Shown here piece after piece: positions 1 through 12,938 of a DNA stretch of 64,000 nucleotides (positions within the stretch are counted from its first letter, which is position 1; each line of letters starts with the position of its first letter). The translations under genes and the position numbers were made by a program. This DNA comes from an uncultured Nitrososphaeraceae archaeon. GTDB lineage: Archaea > Thermoproteota > Nitrososphaeria > Nitrososphaerales > Nitrososphaeraceae. The notes beneath the pieces are model-generated. The model was not told the DNA's origin. It worked only from the letters and a program-made list of their open reading frames with translations, and did no database searches. The stretch lies in NCBI GenBank assembly GCA_963825865.1, contig CAWGVG010000062.1, positions 1 to 64,000 on the forward strand, read 5' to 3'.

Positions 1-509
1 TACTTTGTTAAAAATGAAAGTAATCAACATCCGAGGTTCACTAACTTAGAGCATTATAGAAGAGATGGACTAGATACAACAATTACTGAAGGTCATACTA
101 TTCGATTCAAAGGTGTATTATTTTATCTCATTAGTAATTCAAAAGGGGGGCATAATAGAGCCAGAATTCTACAATTAATCAAGTCACATCCTGCTAACGC
201 TAATCAAATTGCATGTGAACTAAAATTACATTATAAAACGGTGCTCCATCATCTTAAGTTTTATTGAATTATAAATTAATCGTAATGCATAGCAATAATG
301 AACCATATGGCGTTGTTTACTTTTTGACACCAATAATGGAAAAGAATTATTATTTATTTTTGGAAATGATTTCTGGACTGGATACAATAATAAAAGCAAA
401 TCATCAAGTAATAAAGAAACCCTCGCATCTAACTGAACAATGTACTTGCCAACAATCACAAGTTTGCTCTGCAATCGGTGCAGTAATGGACCAGTATAAA
501 CTTCATTGA
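1..509 (+). CDS. ArsR-like winged-HTH regulator, 5'-partial, one frameshift near 258
   Basis: Frame open from base 1 reads FYLISNSKGGHNRARILQLIKSHPANANQIACELKLHYKTVLHHLK, typical archaeal wHTH; continues in ORF 264..509 (YGVVYFLT). Confidence 0.7.
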
Positions 510-520
510 GTTAATCAAAA

Positions 521-1110
521 ATGGCAAAAATATACGGAACAATAACTACTGTCTTTGAACAATTAAAGACGACTGAATATGGTTCACATTATCTTATTAT
601 CTATCCCGACGTAACCACGCTACGAGAACTATATACACACTATACTAAAATGCAGTAGAAGAAAACCATGAGATTGTTGTGCTTATTCCATACTATGAAA
701 CATCTGATATCGTAAGGCGCAGCTTGACAGAAAATGGTGGCAATATCGATATACAAAAATACGAAAAAAAAGAAGGATCGCTTATAATAATAGACTCTGT
801 AAAAGCATACTTTGGTCTTGGTAACGACACAGATCTGGATAAATTTATTCAGAATCAGGTAAAAAGAGCACAAAATCTTGGTAAGAATGGAGTTTCTGTA
901 ATCACCGATGTAGGATCATTCCATCTTTTAGAGATGGTGGATAAACTTATAGAATATGAACTTTCTTTACCACCAAAATATTATATAAGATTGAAAAGAT
1001 TCTGTGTATATAATCAAAACAACTTTGATGACCTCACAGAACAGAAGAAGCAAGCGTTGCTTTCACACCATAGCAAAAGTTTCATAGTTACTACTAATCT
1101 GACTACATAA
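521..1110 (+). CDS. MEDS (DcmR-like sensory) domain protein with 5' indels
   Basis: Upstream frame GSHYLIIYPDVTTLRELY joins ORF 679..1110 (GSLIIIDS, LIEYE, FCVYN); indel near 655. Confidence 0.7.
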
Positions 1111-1357
1111 GTAAAATAATCTGGTTAACGACACAATAGTAACCTTTATGACTATACCTGCTATATGACTCATTGTTTCGCTGGGGAATAAAAAGGAGAA
1201 TGATGAAACTTTACTAATGAAAAATATTCTCCTAATGTAAGAGCACCTTTTACAAATAACGAGTCAGATTGACACGAACCTATTTCTATTGATTCATCTT
1301 ATCTACTGTAAGATGATTTTTCTATACCATCATAACCCTCTTTACTTATTCCATGAA

Positions 1358-1999
1358 CTACTTTTGCAAATTTTGAAAGGTCATCATCGATAGATATGCC
1401 GTATGCTCCATGAGCTGTTCTTTCAGGTCTGAATACGATTTTAGCTCGACTGTAGTCATTTTCTCTTCACTTAAAGCAGAGGTATGGCGAAGCTCGATAT
1501 TTGATTTTTCCTCCTTCAGGATTTTGATTTGATCCTTTAACTTTTGAATTTGTTCCTCTAATTTCTTTTTCTCATCTGCCTTTTGCTGAATGTATTCCGA
1601 TATCTGAGACAACGGTAGAGTCTTTGAAAACTGAATCAAGTTTGTCAAGTAAGAAGCAATGCTTTCTGGTGTTAGCCCCAGATTGTTGCAACGCTTGTAA
1701 ATATCAGACATAAATGATTCAAAGCTATCCTCTGTTACTCCCAATCTATTCATAATCATTGCACTCTAAAACCATCAGCGCATTGAGACAGCGGATATAC
1801 CAATTTTCTTTAGACTAACAGCCAGCTCCCTTAATTCGTCTGCTCCAGAAAGACCTAGGGCTTGTCTCCATTCGTTGACTATGTTTGTCACAGCTCCAGC
1901 ACTAAGGCCACTATCACCTGCGATTTTATCTCTTTGTGCACCAGCTAGCCACTGTTGTATCACTAGTGACCTAAGATTATCAGGAAGTTTGAAAGGCAT
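1358..1999 (-). CDS. HTH + coiled-coil hypothetical protein, frameshifted and 3'-truncated
   Basis: ORF 1775..1999 has an HTH (RDKIAGDSGLSAGAVTNIV); ORF 1358..1759 has heptad-rich coiled coil. Confidence 0.6.
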
Positions 2000-2583
2000 T
2001 ATATTATATAATTATAGAACTAGCATCTATTAAAATTTGCGTCAAATGCGTCGTCAAACAAGTCATATTGGGCGACTGTGCTTATCTGTTCTTTTTTTAG
2101 ACCTCATGTAAACTTATAAAAATTCGACTAAAGGCTGGTCGAGCTTTTTATCCACAACTAAACCGCTTACTCCTCCAAATTAATCGTAGGTCCGAATCCG
2201 GTGGAATCCATGCCGATATCGGTGCTAAAAGTAGGTTCCTAGTATAGTAATATAGTAATAAGCTTTAAAGGTTTTTCATTTCTTCATGGACTTACAAATT
2301 ATTCTGTAACAAAACCGAAGCTGATGTGCCTTTGATAGTAGAGGAAGGCTGTGTTCATCAGTTTGAATCCGGTCATCTTAACAAAGTCAAAGAACACTAG
2401 GGCGATCACTCCCGGTGATATTTAAAATAAATTATTTTAAATTGTTCATTTGGTATGTCTGAGATCCATATTTTTTTAATGCATCCTCTAGCATTCTTTG
2501 CTGAAACCTGGGTACAGCTTCTATGGTTCCTTGGGGCAAAGCTCTGCCATATTTTTGAGACGTCCCATATCCGCGTTCCGTTG

Positions 2584-3003
2584 TTACAAAACGTATCCTG
2601 CGCCTTCATTAGTAACTTCTTCAGATCTCGCGCAGAGATCGATATATTCAGAATCATGTGCGTTAATTGTTACAGTAAAGTAGTCCTTGGGAAGCACCCA
2701 TCCTATTCTGTTTCCTTCGTTTCCTATTAGCAAGGAAGCCTTACAATTTCGGCTTCCTGTCATACCATTATTTTCTACCTTAATTCGTATTGCCACAAAT
2801 TTGGTAAGCCGATTGGGCGGAGCTTTCTCGTTTTCAATTTCCACAGCTTGACCTGCATCCAATTCTTCATACTTAATTCTTACCTCAGTAGTTTGCTCAT
2901 TAATAGAAATTCTCGGACGCGTAATCCAACGCTCAAGAAATTGTGCCTATGCTAGAACTAAAACCTATAATACCACCTACAATTGTGCTTATGAACGAGT
3001 CAT
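2584..3003 (-). pseudogene. Membrane-anchored hypothetical protein, truncated; paralogue of 19412-20030
   Basis: N-terminal hydrophobic segment upstream of ORF 2584..2862; shares IKVxNNG..CK..TINA..E..DLCA motif. Confidence 0.45.
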
Positions 3004-3364
3004 TAATAATAGATATTGTAGAAGTATTTTTTAGCATGATATTTTCATAACTTAGAAGCCCTTATTACATTGACTTCTCTCCTATTGGATGTATCGTCTT
3101 TTCCATTCAGACGTCTCCCTTTATAATATATGAGTATTAATATGGAATGCCTTAAAGAAACAAGATAGACATTGCCCAAGGGGTTGCCACAATCGATATG
3201 TCGTCTAACACTCTATTAATAGTTCTCCACTATATGACGATATAGCATCTGTTCTCTTAATTTTTCCTTTATCCTTCCAGAAAACACTCCCGTTATCACT
3301 CAATTACTCTCACTTGTTAGCCGAAAGAGATAATTAAGAATATACATAACGCCATCTACTTTAC

Positions 3365-3728
3365 TTAATTAAACTCCAGTACTATACTATCTGCTCTTTT
3401 AATCTCTATCGTAACTTTATCTCCAACCTTTAATTGCATGTCATCGTATTCTTTCATACTAATTTTAAACGTAGGTGTGTCAGAAGGAGTACCAGTCCCT
3501 CCACCTCCTAACATATTCGACATAGATTTAGGCAGATTCCTCATTAGGTCTTCTGGGGAGCTGAAATGGTACTGCCCCTACACCAATACCAAAAGGACTT
3601 TGAGGAAAGTTTCTTCCTGCATGTCCTCCCGCTGATTTTGGCTCATTAGGATCCGTAAATACGACATAAACATAAGGACTTCCATCTTGGGAAGCTTCAA
3701 TCTTTGAAACAATAAACTCTTTTCTCAT
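3365..3728 (-). CDS. Arcadin-1-like protein, frameshifted
   Basis: N-term MRKEFIVSKIEASQDGSPYVYVVFTDP; C-term in another frame TFKISMKEYDDMQLKVGDKVTIEIK; family call from memory. Confidence 0.55.
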
Positions 3729-3787
3729 TTCGGATAATAATAAAACAGGATTCTATAAAAACACTAGAGAAACCTCTGCTAACACAT

Positions 3788-3890
3788 ATGAGCAGCCAAA
3801 CATACACCATTGGAAATGCGAAAAATATGATAACCTGTTTTGGACATCAAAAGAATTAAGGGAGCATAAACAAGAATATCATGCATACTA
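3788..3890 (+). pseudogene. Degenerate stand-alone C2H2 zinc-finger peptide
   Basis: Reads HWKCEKYDNLFWTSKELREHKQEYHAY*, similar to the C-terminus of 50393..50830; second Cys replaced by Tyr. Confidence 0.45.
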
Positions 3891-4340
3891 GTAGTAGTGA
3901 CTACGGCTCTATGGATGAAGGGTTAAAGACATATTATTCAATTTTTTGTATAAAATTTCATTCTAAAATAACAGTAAAGAAATCAGACAAGTTATTTGAA
4001 TAGAGATTATATTGAGAAAGATAGAATTTCATAAATATAGATTTCATTGAATATACACTAAATGCCGCCATTTGGTTTTAAAAAAAAGGAATCAACACCA
4101 TCATTTACAACAAATATAACAGATAAGGATGACCTAGATGAAATCCCCAAATCACCATATCAGCAAGTCTTATTTGGAGCTTTGTAAAAAACAGCACATC
4201 GATCTTCGTATTTATAATTATAAAAGAATGTAATTTGTTACTTCTTGGAATTATATTCACCTAGCATTTCTTTTAACAATTTTATACGTCAATGTATCGT
4301 ACTGCTTTTAATTATTTTTATCGGTTTATTGGTCTTGGTA

Positions 4341-5598
<1,258 letters not shown>

Positions 5599-5765
5599 GC
5601 TATTACAATGGCAAACCTTGGTATTGCATTAACCTGGATTTATGTTAATATCGGGCTGTTGACTTTGGGGGATCTGATGAGGACTTTGCTGTTGTTCCGC
5701 ATACATAAATACCTTATGATATTGCTTTGATGTTGTCTTTTTGGATGTGTCTAAAATAAGCATGA

Positions 5766-7157
5766 TTAATCCTTTTTATAAAGGCCATTTGGAAATAGTT
5801 GTTTTGCAAATGAATTTTTACTTGTTTCGTCCATATTTCCAAGTGTAGTTATTAGTGCTTGCATTTGAGATTGCATCATGTTAACTTGTTGATTTACTGC
5901 TTTTAATTGTTCATCTTTTTCTTGTTGTTTCTCCCTCAAAACTTGAAATTTCCTATCCTCTTCTGCTTTGATTTCATCATAAGCTTCTGGTGTTAGAGGA
6001 TAACTGCACTTAATGCAGAACTTGATATCGATAGCATTGACTTGGTTGCAGCGGGAACAGACAAGAACCGATGGTTTTTTCTGTATTTTCTGCTCTGCTA
6101 TAATACCGTCATGAACAAGTATCTGCTTCTTCGAGTCATTTCCCATCCTCCTTTTAATATATCTGGATGGTTGTTTTGAGTTCATAGTCCACCTTACTTT
6201 TTTATTCAGACCATAGCCAGGAAGATAATCAGAGTCTGATGTAATTGAAGAATGGCGTATACAATACGGATTCCATCGCTTTGTCTTTAAAAGATATTCT
6301 AGTTTACCACGTTCCTCATTATCTGTAATAGAACTATTTTCAACTAAACGAATTATTCTTTTTCTTAATTGATACATCATTTTCCACATAGCGTCAGGCT
6401 TGATTGCAGCGCCGTTGTTAATATTACAGATCAATCTAGCATCCAATTCATTTTTGTAAGGGTGTTCGTTTAGCCAGTCGCGTACATATGGAAAAGAACA
6501 ACGAAGCAAAATAGGACCTGTTCCTGTTTTGGATTGGTAAGGTATTTCTCCTTCACCATACCGATCCCGAAGTCTAATGTGTCTGATCTTTAGTAGCGTA
6601 ATCTCATGGTTCCTAGCATTCAAATCCCAAAATAATGCTAATGCGGCCTTATTTCGTTTGTATGGTTCATACTTAATGATACAAAGGATTTCATCAAGTT
6701 CCCAAAGTTCTGTTTCCAAATAAGGACTAGGACGTTTCGTTGTCTTTTTCTTGATCATTGCAAATGAAGGCGTGTTCCAGTCAGAAGGAGGGAGTGGCTC
6801 TTCTTTATTCTGTTCTTTGTATTTTTGATTGTATAGCCACCTCATAAAATGTTTTATTCGTCCGAGATAATCATTCCAAGTCGTAATCCATTTCTTATCA
6901 GGATCTCGTCCTTCATTTTTTATCTTTGAACTAAGAAAGGAGATTATTTGCTCCTTTCTATTAATATCTGTAAAACTAATATCAGGCCCAACAAAATTGG
7001 CGAACGAAATAATTGCTTTTAAAATGTTATTTTGGTGGCTGTCAGACGAACCATTATCTTTTATATATTGATAGTAATCGTTTACCAAAGCCAAATTATC
7101 TGGATTTCTTATCGATTGTATCTTTTTGACAGTAGTTGATAATTTGACTGGCATCAA
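5766..7157 (-). CDS. Tyrosine recombinase/integrase with C-terminal zinc ribbon and coiled coil
   Basis: ARNHE (catalytic R), SKTG, YCIRHS, SRY (catalytic Y); CSRC..CIKC ribbon; 463 aa uninterrupted. Confidence 0.9.
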   Translation of the reverse strand: MMPVKLSTTVKKIQSIRNPDNLALVNDYYQYIKDNGSSDSHQNNILKAIISFANFVGPDISFTDINRKEQIISFLSSKIKNEGRDPDKKWITTWNDYLGRIKHFMRWLYNQKYKEQNKEEPLPPSDWNTPSFAMIKKKTTKRPSPYLETELWELDEILCIIKYEPYKRNKAALALFWDLNARNHEITLLKIRHIRLRDRYGEGEIPYQSKTGTGPILLRCSFPYVRDWLNEHPYKNELDARLICNINNGAAIKPDAMWKMMYQLRKRIIRLVENSSITDNEERGKLEYLLKTKRWNPYCIRHSSITSDSDYLPGYGLNKKVRWTMNSKQPSRYIKRRMGNDSKKQILVHDGIIAEQKIQKKPSVLVCSRCNQVNAIDIKFCIKCSYPLTPEAYDEIKAEEDRKFQVLREKQQEKDEQLKAVNQQVNMMQSQMQALITTLGNMDETSKNSFAKQLFPNGLYKKD

Positions 7158-7215
7158 TGTACACCTCTTGATGTCTTTTTATTATATGCCTCTTCCATAT
7201 GAACCCGTATAGTTA

Positions 7216-7238
7216 GCGGGCTCGAAGGAATGTGAATC
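7216..7238 (-). mobile_element. Degenerate tRNA 3'-end, putative att site
   Basis: Minus strand GATTCACATTCCTTCGAGCCCGC resembles T-loop plus acceptor stem; 15/23 match to the tRNA-Lys 3' end, same orientation. Confidence 0.5.
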
Positions 7239-7460
7239 AATTTGACACGATTTTAAGGCCCAGATTTGAATCAAATCAGAGTAATAGTATACGAAGCTAT
7301 TATGTGATTGTTCAATTACTGATCGGTAAACTAAATGAAAATGTAGCTCCTTTGCCATGTATACTAGTGTGAGCCCACATTCTACCACTATGAGTTTCGA
7401 GAATATTTTGAGATATACAATCCCAATCCAGTACCCTCAAAAGATTTAGATACAAACTTG

Positions 7461-8027
7461 TTATTTATCAAGGACATACTTTGGTCCGCCAAAAATTTTT
7501 GATATTGTCAATATTTTAGCCCATTCTTCAAGTGCTTCGACAACAGCACGTGCTTGATGAATATTGCTTCCAACAGCTACAACTCCGTGATTTTTAATTA
7601 TAACTGCTCTTGTATTCCCACTGCCCTGTCCAAATGCTTCGGAAACTATGTTTGCCAATTCTGTTGATCCTGATGGTTTATTTGGTATTATAATAGGATT
7701 TCCTACTACTATCTTGGCTTCTTCTATTATGTGTTGTTGGAACTTATCTAATACAGATATAGCAATACCAAGTGTGTACGGACTATGAGTATGTACAATT
7801 GCATTTACTTTTCCTAACTTTTTGTAGATAGAACCATGCATGTACCATTCTATGCTTGGTTTCAGTCTACCAACTGTATTTCCGGTTTCTAAATGAACTT
7901 TGACCAAATCTTTCTCTTGCAAATTGTAACGTGGAACTCCTGAAGGAGTTATCCACATCCATTTTTTGTTTTGTATTCTAATACTATGGTTACCTGATAC
8001 TGGTGATGTAAAACCCATCCTATACAA
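7461..8027 (-). CDS. Class II aldolase/adducin family protein
   Basis: SGNHS, ITPSG, PSIEWYMH, VHTHS, KNHGV motifs; true start probably slightly upstream. Confidence 0.9.
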   Translation of the reverse strand: MYRMGFTSPVSGNHSIRIQNKKWMWITPSGVPRYNLQEKDLVKVHLETGNTVGRLKPSIEWYMHGSIYKKLGKVNAIVHTHSPYTLGIAISVLDKFQQHIIEEAKIVVGNPIIIPNKPSGSTELANIVSEAFGQGSGNTRAVIIKNHGVVAVGSNIHQARAVVEALEEWAKILTISKIFGGPKYVLDK

Positions 8028-8419
8028 ATCTTTAACACAATTTACAAGGGTATTTTTGTTATCTAATCAACATCACCATAGCGTTTATCATTATCATAGT
8101 ATTCATGATAATCAAAAATCAATACTGATTTATCCTTTTTTACTTTTATCTTACTACCAGTAAAAATGATGGATTCAAAACTCATTTAATTCTATTACAT
8201 AAGAAAAAATATATGCTATTAATACTGAATTTTAAGTTCTAGATCTTATGTTTTGTTAGTAGACTAGACCAGTGGCTTTAGCCAATCAGAAACATTCTGG
8301 TATTGTCTATCCTCAATATTTTGAATCGATGTCAGAATCAGGTTGAGGTCAAGAAACAGTACGGTATCTTAGTTAAGTGCTCAGGTTTCTTAACTTAAAG
8401 ACCTTTAATGAACAACAAC

Positions 8420-9085
8420 TTATTTTGACCAAATATTCTCAATCTCGTTCGAACTTATAATGGTTATTATCTTCTTCATATTCTCAAGAGACCTATTATG
8501 TCCCTCTTTGTCAGGTGAAGATACACAATCTGAAACTACTACAGAATAAAAGCCTCTACTAGAAGCATCCCTAGCGCTAGATTCAATTCCATACTCTGTT
8601 GCAATACCAGTAAATATTACTGTAATAATACCTGCACTTTGTAGCATGCGTTCAAATCCCGTATCTATGAAAATACTTGCTGTATGTTTATCTATCACTA
8701 TTTCGCTTTGCTGTTGTTGTTCTTGTTCTTGTTGTTGCTGGTATGATTGTTTTGGTTTTATTACAAAGTCTAGGTCTTCCTTAGTTGCTGTTTGACTAAT
8801 GCGATCAAGTCCTAATCTACTTATCATATCTAGTCTTGCTGAAGATTCAAATCTTGTTGGCAGCAGTTGATGACGTGTAAAGAATATTGGGACATTTGCT
8901 CTTCGTGCGAGCTCTATAACTGAACCAAGATTTCTAGTAAATTCTTGTCTATTGAAAATTAGATTTACGAACATATTTTGTACATCCCACACAACTAGTG
9001 CTGTATGTGAAGGATCTATGATCTCTTCAATAGTGTTATAGATTATTTTTTTATCTCCAATATTTTGCATAGTTGATGATAGCAT
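8420..9085 (-). CDS. Isochorismatase-family hydrolase
   Basis: ALVVWDVQN, DKHTASIF, GIATEYGIESSARDA. Confidence 0.9.
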   Translation of the reverse strand: MLSSTMQNIGDKKIIYNTIEEIIDPSHTALVVWDVQNMFVNLIFNRQEFTRNLGSVIELARRANVPIFFTRHQLLPTRFESSARLDMISRLGLDRISQTATKEDLDFVIKPKQSYQQQQEQEQQQQSEIVIDKHTASIFIDTGFERMLQSAGIITVIFTGIATEYGIESSARDASSRGFYSVVVSDCVSSPDKEGHNRSLENMKKIITIISSNEIENIWSK

Positions 9086-9360
9086 GAAGATTAGAAAATC
9101 AATAAAAGTCTTCTTAAATAGTGCATAATTGTAAGACTTGTTATCGTGAGAGCATTAACTCCTACAACTGTATATATATATAGAAGGTCTATTGACGAGT
9201 ACTTCTTTTGCTCGAAGCGATGTGATAGTTGCTCGTAAGTATTTATCATAGGCGAATTTACCATCAATTGGATGCGGTGGTAGGCTCTATTCCAATTCTG
9301 CTCAAGAATACAACAGAAGTGCTATTTCGATAGACTAGGACATAGCCCTACAGTTTACTC

Positions 9361-10240
9361 CTATTGTCGTATCTGCTTATCAATCAACGAATAGAACAGA
9401 CTATCGGGAATGAAGGGTCTTAATTTAACTGCTAATTTTTCTTTGGTAGATACAACAACATATTTTTGCTTTGGATTTGGTGATGATATGGCATTACAGA
9501 TGACGTTTGCAACCACATTCGGCTTTAAGCCAGCATAATTTCTTTTAATAAAATACTTGTTGTAAGATCCGATAAATCTTGAATGTTTATTATTGGCGAT
9601 TATATCATCTACCTTTATTTTTAAAATATCATAGATGTTTGTTTCAATAACTCCTGGATTAATAGTTATGATTTTAATGTTTGTATCCCAAAGCTCCATT
9701 CTCAATGCATCTGATATTGCTTCCAATGCATGTTTTGGAGCTGAATAAGCTCCAATCAAAGGAAGTGAAATCAGTCCAGCGAGTGAACTAACATTTACAA
9801 TTCTTGCTCGCTCCTACTCCTAACCCTACTCCATTTCTTTGTATCATCATTAATGGCAATACTTTCTTTGTGAATCCCACAAGACCAAAGAAATTTGTTT
9901 CAAATTGTTTTCTCAAGTTATTCATCGTTATATCTTCAATTGCTCCTGGTTCTACATAGCCTGCATTATTTACAAGACCATAAATTGTATTTTCTTTAGT
10001 TTTTGAGATTATGTCATTAAGAATATCGTCAAATGTTTCTGGATTGGTAATGTCAAATTCTATTGGAATATAAAGATCTTTAGATAGTCTTTCAGATGGA
10101 AGAATAGTAGCAAGCTTGTCATATCTTCGTGCTAATCCAAAGACTTGATAGCCAGATTCTGCTAATTTGAGTACAGTATATTTACCAATGCCACTAGAAG
10201 CTCCTGTTACAATAACTGATTTTCTCAATCTATTGTTCAA
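9361..10240 (-). CDS. Short-chain dehydrogenase/reductase (frameshift near 9809)
   Basis: [25 protein letters not shown] split over ORFs 9788..10240 and 9361..9759. Confidence 0.9.
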
Positions 10241-10344
10241 TTTAATAGAAATTGGCCAGCATAAAATGATTGATGGGTTAATGACATTATCAATAACAAT
10301 AATGTCATCATTTGATTTTTAAACAGTTTGAAAACATTTAGCAT

Positions 10345-10632
10345 TTGATTCATAAAATTTCGTGTATCCATTTATTGTCTCTTTATTTAGTAGTAGATTC
10401 TGTGCATGAGTACGTTGCTCCTTTTACTCTAATCTACCATGAATGTATTGATTGTAAGAAAAGAACTCCACATATTTGTATTGAATGTAATTATTGTTAC
10501 TCCTGCCATCCAAACATTGAAAGAATAGAGAAACAGGAAGAAAGAGACGAAAAGCAGAGGAACAAAGAAGAAAGAGAGTTGCTATATCTTGTGCAAATCA
10601 TAAATAAAACTAGAAGTCAAAAATTGGTATAA
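10345..10632 (+). CDS. Small Cys-rich zinc-binding protein
   Basis: CIDC..HICIECNYCYSCH followed by a charged helix. Confidence 0.55.
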   Translation: MIHKISCIHLLSLYLVVDSVHEYVAPFTLIYHECIDCKKRTPHICIECNYCYSCHPNIERIEKQEERDEKQRNKEERELLYLVQIINKTRSQKLV

Positions 10633-10868
10633 ACTGAGTATATATATTAAAGGGGGCCATTTATTTTTCTCTTATTAATTAGTCATTAGCTGTCTGAAAA
10701 TAAGCAAAACCATCATGCTACTGTTCTTATTATGTGTACATGTTACGTAATGCATGGTGCTATTACCGACTTGCATATGAATCCATGTCTGTTACTAACC
10801 AAAAATATTTTAAGCCTTGAATATAAAAATAGTAAAACTAAAGTATTCTAATCTGTAGTATTAGAGTG

Positions 10869-11021
10869 ATGGCAGGAGCCATGTGTTTGCTAGCTGATTT
10901 TGCAGTATTTGCAGGCAGCGTTGCGACCATATTTGGATTAAGTTGGTATCAGGACACCAAAAGAAAAAGGAAGATTAGAAAACCAATAGAAGAAGAGAAA
11001 GAAGAGGAGCAAGCTTCATAA
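10869..11021 (+). CDS. Small single-TM protein (50 aa), below ORF-track cutoff
   Basis: MAGAMCLLADFAVFAGSVATIFGLSWYQDTKRKRKIRKPIEEEKEEEQAS*; hydrophobic helix followed by a basic patch. Confidence 0.55.
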   Translation: MAGAMCLLADFAVFAGSVATIFGLSWYQDTKRKRKIRKPIEEEKEEEQAS

Positions 11022-11204
11022 CAAAATACTGGCTGAACAAATAGATTAATACCAAAGTTCATTAGATTGCTCTTTTTTCTTTTAATTTATCCAAACATTT
11101 GATGGCCTCATAGTTAATCCTTTTATCAACCTTGATCTGTAGCTGATATCTATCAGAGGCATGATTAAAAGAAGCTTAATTGCAACACATATCTGATTCA
11201 ATTC

Positions 11205-11537
11205 TTATTTTTTCATCCTTTCTCCTACTTCATTCCATCCACTTAGATCCACTTCGACAAATATCGATTCATCTTTCTTTGCAGCAGCAATCCAACTCTT
11301 TAATGCCTGCTTCCAGTCTACTTCATTTTCATTATTCGTTACCTGTTCTAACACATCAACAAATCTTGTATAAAATTCGCCCACTTTTGTCATTGCTCTA
11401 AAATGCTTATCATCCTTTAAACCAATAGCAAATTCATTTTTGTCTTTGTTCGTATATATACAAATCAGTGATTTTTGATGCTTATTGATATTATTATTAT
11501 TCATATTGTCTTTGTTATGATTGTTGTTATTTTTCAT
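11205..11537 (-). CDS. Hypothetical protein
   Basis: 110 aa ORF with Asn-rich N-terminus. Confidence 0.5.
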   Translation of the reverse strand: MKNNNNHNKDNMNNNNINKHQKSLICIYTNKDKNEFAIGLKDDKHFRAMTKVGEFYTRFVDVLEQVTNNENEVDWKQALKSWIAAAKKDESIFVEVDLSGWNEVGERMKK

Positions 11538-11559
11538 TTCTTAAATCAGTGCACCATAA

Positions 11560-12167
11560 GTTTTAGCTCTAGTCTAGGTAATGTGCGCAGTGCAGACACC
11601 CTTCTACATCTAGATTTCTTGGATTATATTCATAAGTTGAATGATATAAATCAGACAAGATATGTTCTAGATGGCCATCCGATACTAATAGATTATGCAA
11701 AACTAAAGGAAGCATATCGTATGAGAAATGAAATAGTTCATGGACTAAAAAACCCTAAGATCTCTAATTGGTGGATCTTGTCGATGTGGGATAATATCAT
11801 GAACATAATGGATATATCGGGATCAATTTTTTTGTCTGCTGCTGATAAAGATCTTCGTTCATCGTTAGATGCGGATTATCAATGGGGTATCGAAAGAGAA
11901 AAGAAGAAAAGGATATATCAACTATATTCTGAGCAAATCATAAATCTCCTAACAGAAAAAGGTCAGATCCAATTACTACAGGATGGAAAACTAAATAATC
12001 TCTTTCTAGACGGCATTAGAGTAAAAAATGATGACGACATTTTAACAGACAATATTAATTGGATAATCAGAAAGATGTTAAGACGAAAACTGATAAGAAT
12101 TCTCAACAATAATGTCTCCTTGGCTCCTATCGGAATAAACAGATCCAAGAAATTATCAAAAAAGTAG
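11560..12167 (+). pseudogene. Probable HEPN-like protein remnant with wHTH-like C-terminus
   Basis: RNEIVH (RxxxxH) motif; ORF start overlaps the opposite-strand gene, so the true N-terminus seems lost. Confidence 0.4.
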
Positions 12168-12349
12168 CAATACACTCTCTAAAAAAGGCCACTAAAGTAA
12201 CAGCATTACTCTGACTTAATGTACTATCAGCATATTTGTAAAAAATATTCAAACCCCTATTCTGATCTCATTGTTTGGTACAATGGTGATTGCATTTGCA
12301 TCCAAATCCTGAAAGCTGAAGTTGTCATATATTGCTCAAGATAACAATC

Positions 12350-12673
12350 CTATTTATTGAATTTACGATATTGTGCTATTATATTGCTACACGTCCTGCA
12401 CTTGTACTCTCCTTTTTCAATGAGAATAACATCTTCACCTAGCTCTTCATTTGGATTCTCATGACTTATCAATGGAGAACCAGGATATTCCTTTGCGCAT
12501 CTATTGCAATAATATTTTGTAAATCTATCTTCATTTAATCTTGCTATATTTCCTAGGAATATGTGAGGGACTCCAAGACTGGCTTTAATTTCTTCTTGCT
12601 CTGTTAGTTTGGCAAAGGCATAACCACCAGAGCCTAACAATTTCTTTTCTTCTAAATCTTCGCCTTCACTCAC
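12350..12673 (-). CDS. Zinc-ribbon hypothetical protein
   Basis: CNRC and CRTC pairs; 107 aa intact. Confidence 0.75.
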   Translation of the reverse strand: MSEGEDLEEKKLLGSGGYAFAKLTEQEEIKASLGVPHIFLGNIARLNEDRFTKYYCNRCAKEYPGSPLISHENPNEELGEDVILIEKGEYKCRTCSNIIAQYRKFNK

Positions 12674-12938
12674 ATATACAATCTATTTACTCCTATGATT
12701 TTAATGGTATGCATAAAGTCATGCAGATGACTAGCGGAATTCCGTATGTTAATATTTTATTTAGCTAACCTAAAGCTTATTTCAAGAGCATCTTTAACAT
12801 TTTTATTAAATTCTAAAGTAGTTTCCTCCTGAAGATGATGATTAAACACTAATTTAATAAATCATAATTACGTTTGATAAATCAAAAAATTCAGTATAGT
12901 AAAGTAAAAGAGCGTCGACCTGTAAAACCATTTTTGTC

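Noticed and set aside
2038-2066. TGCGTC/GTCA repeats upstream of the 1358-1999 HTH/coiled-coil gene as another phased array
   Set aside because: Only two clear copies with irregular spacing; suggestive position but too weak to call
8420-9085. Isochorismatase lacking the nucleophilic Cys
   Set aside because: Cys-less members are common in this family; not novel
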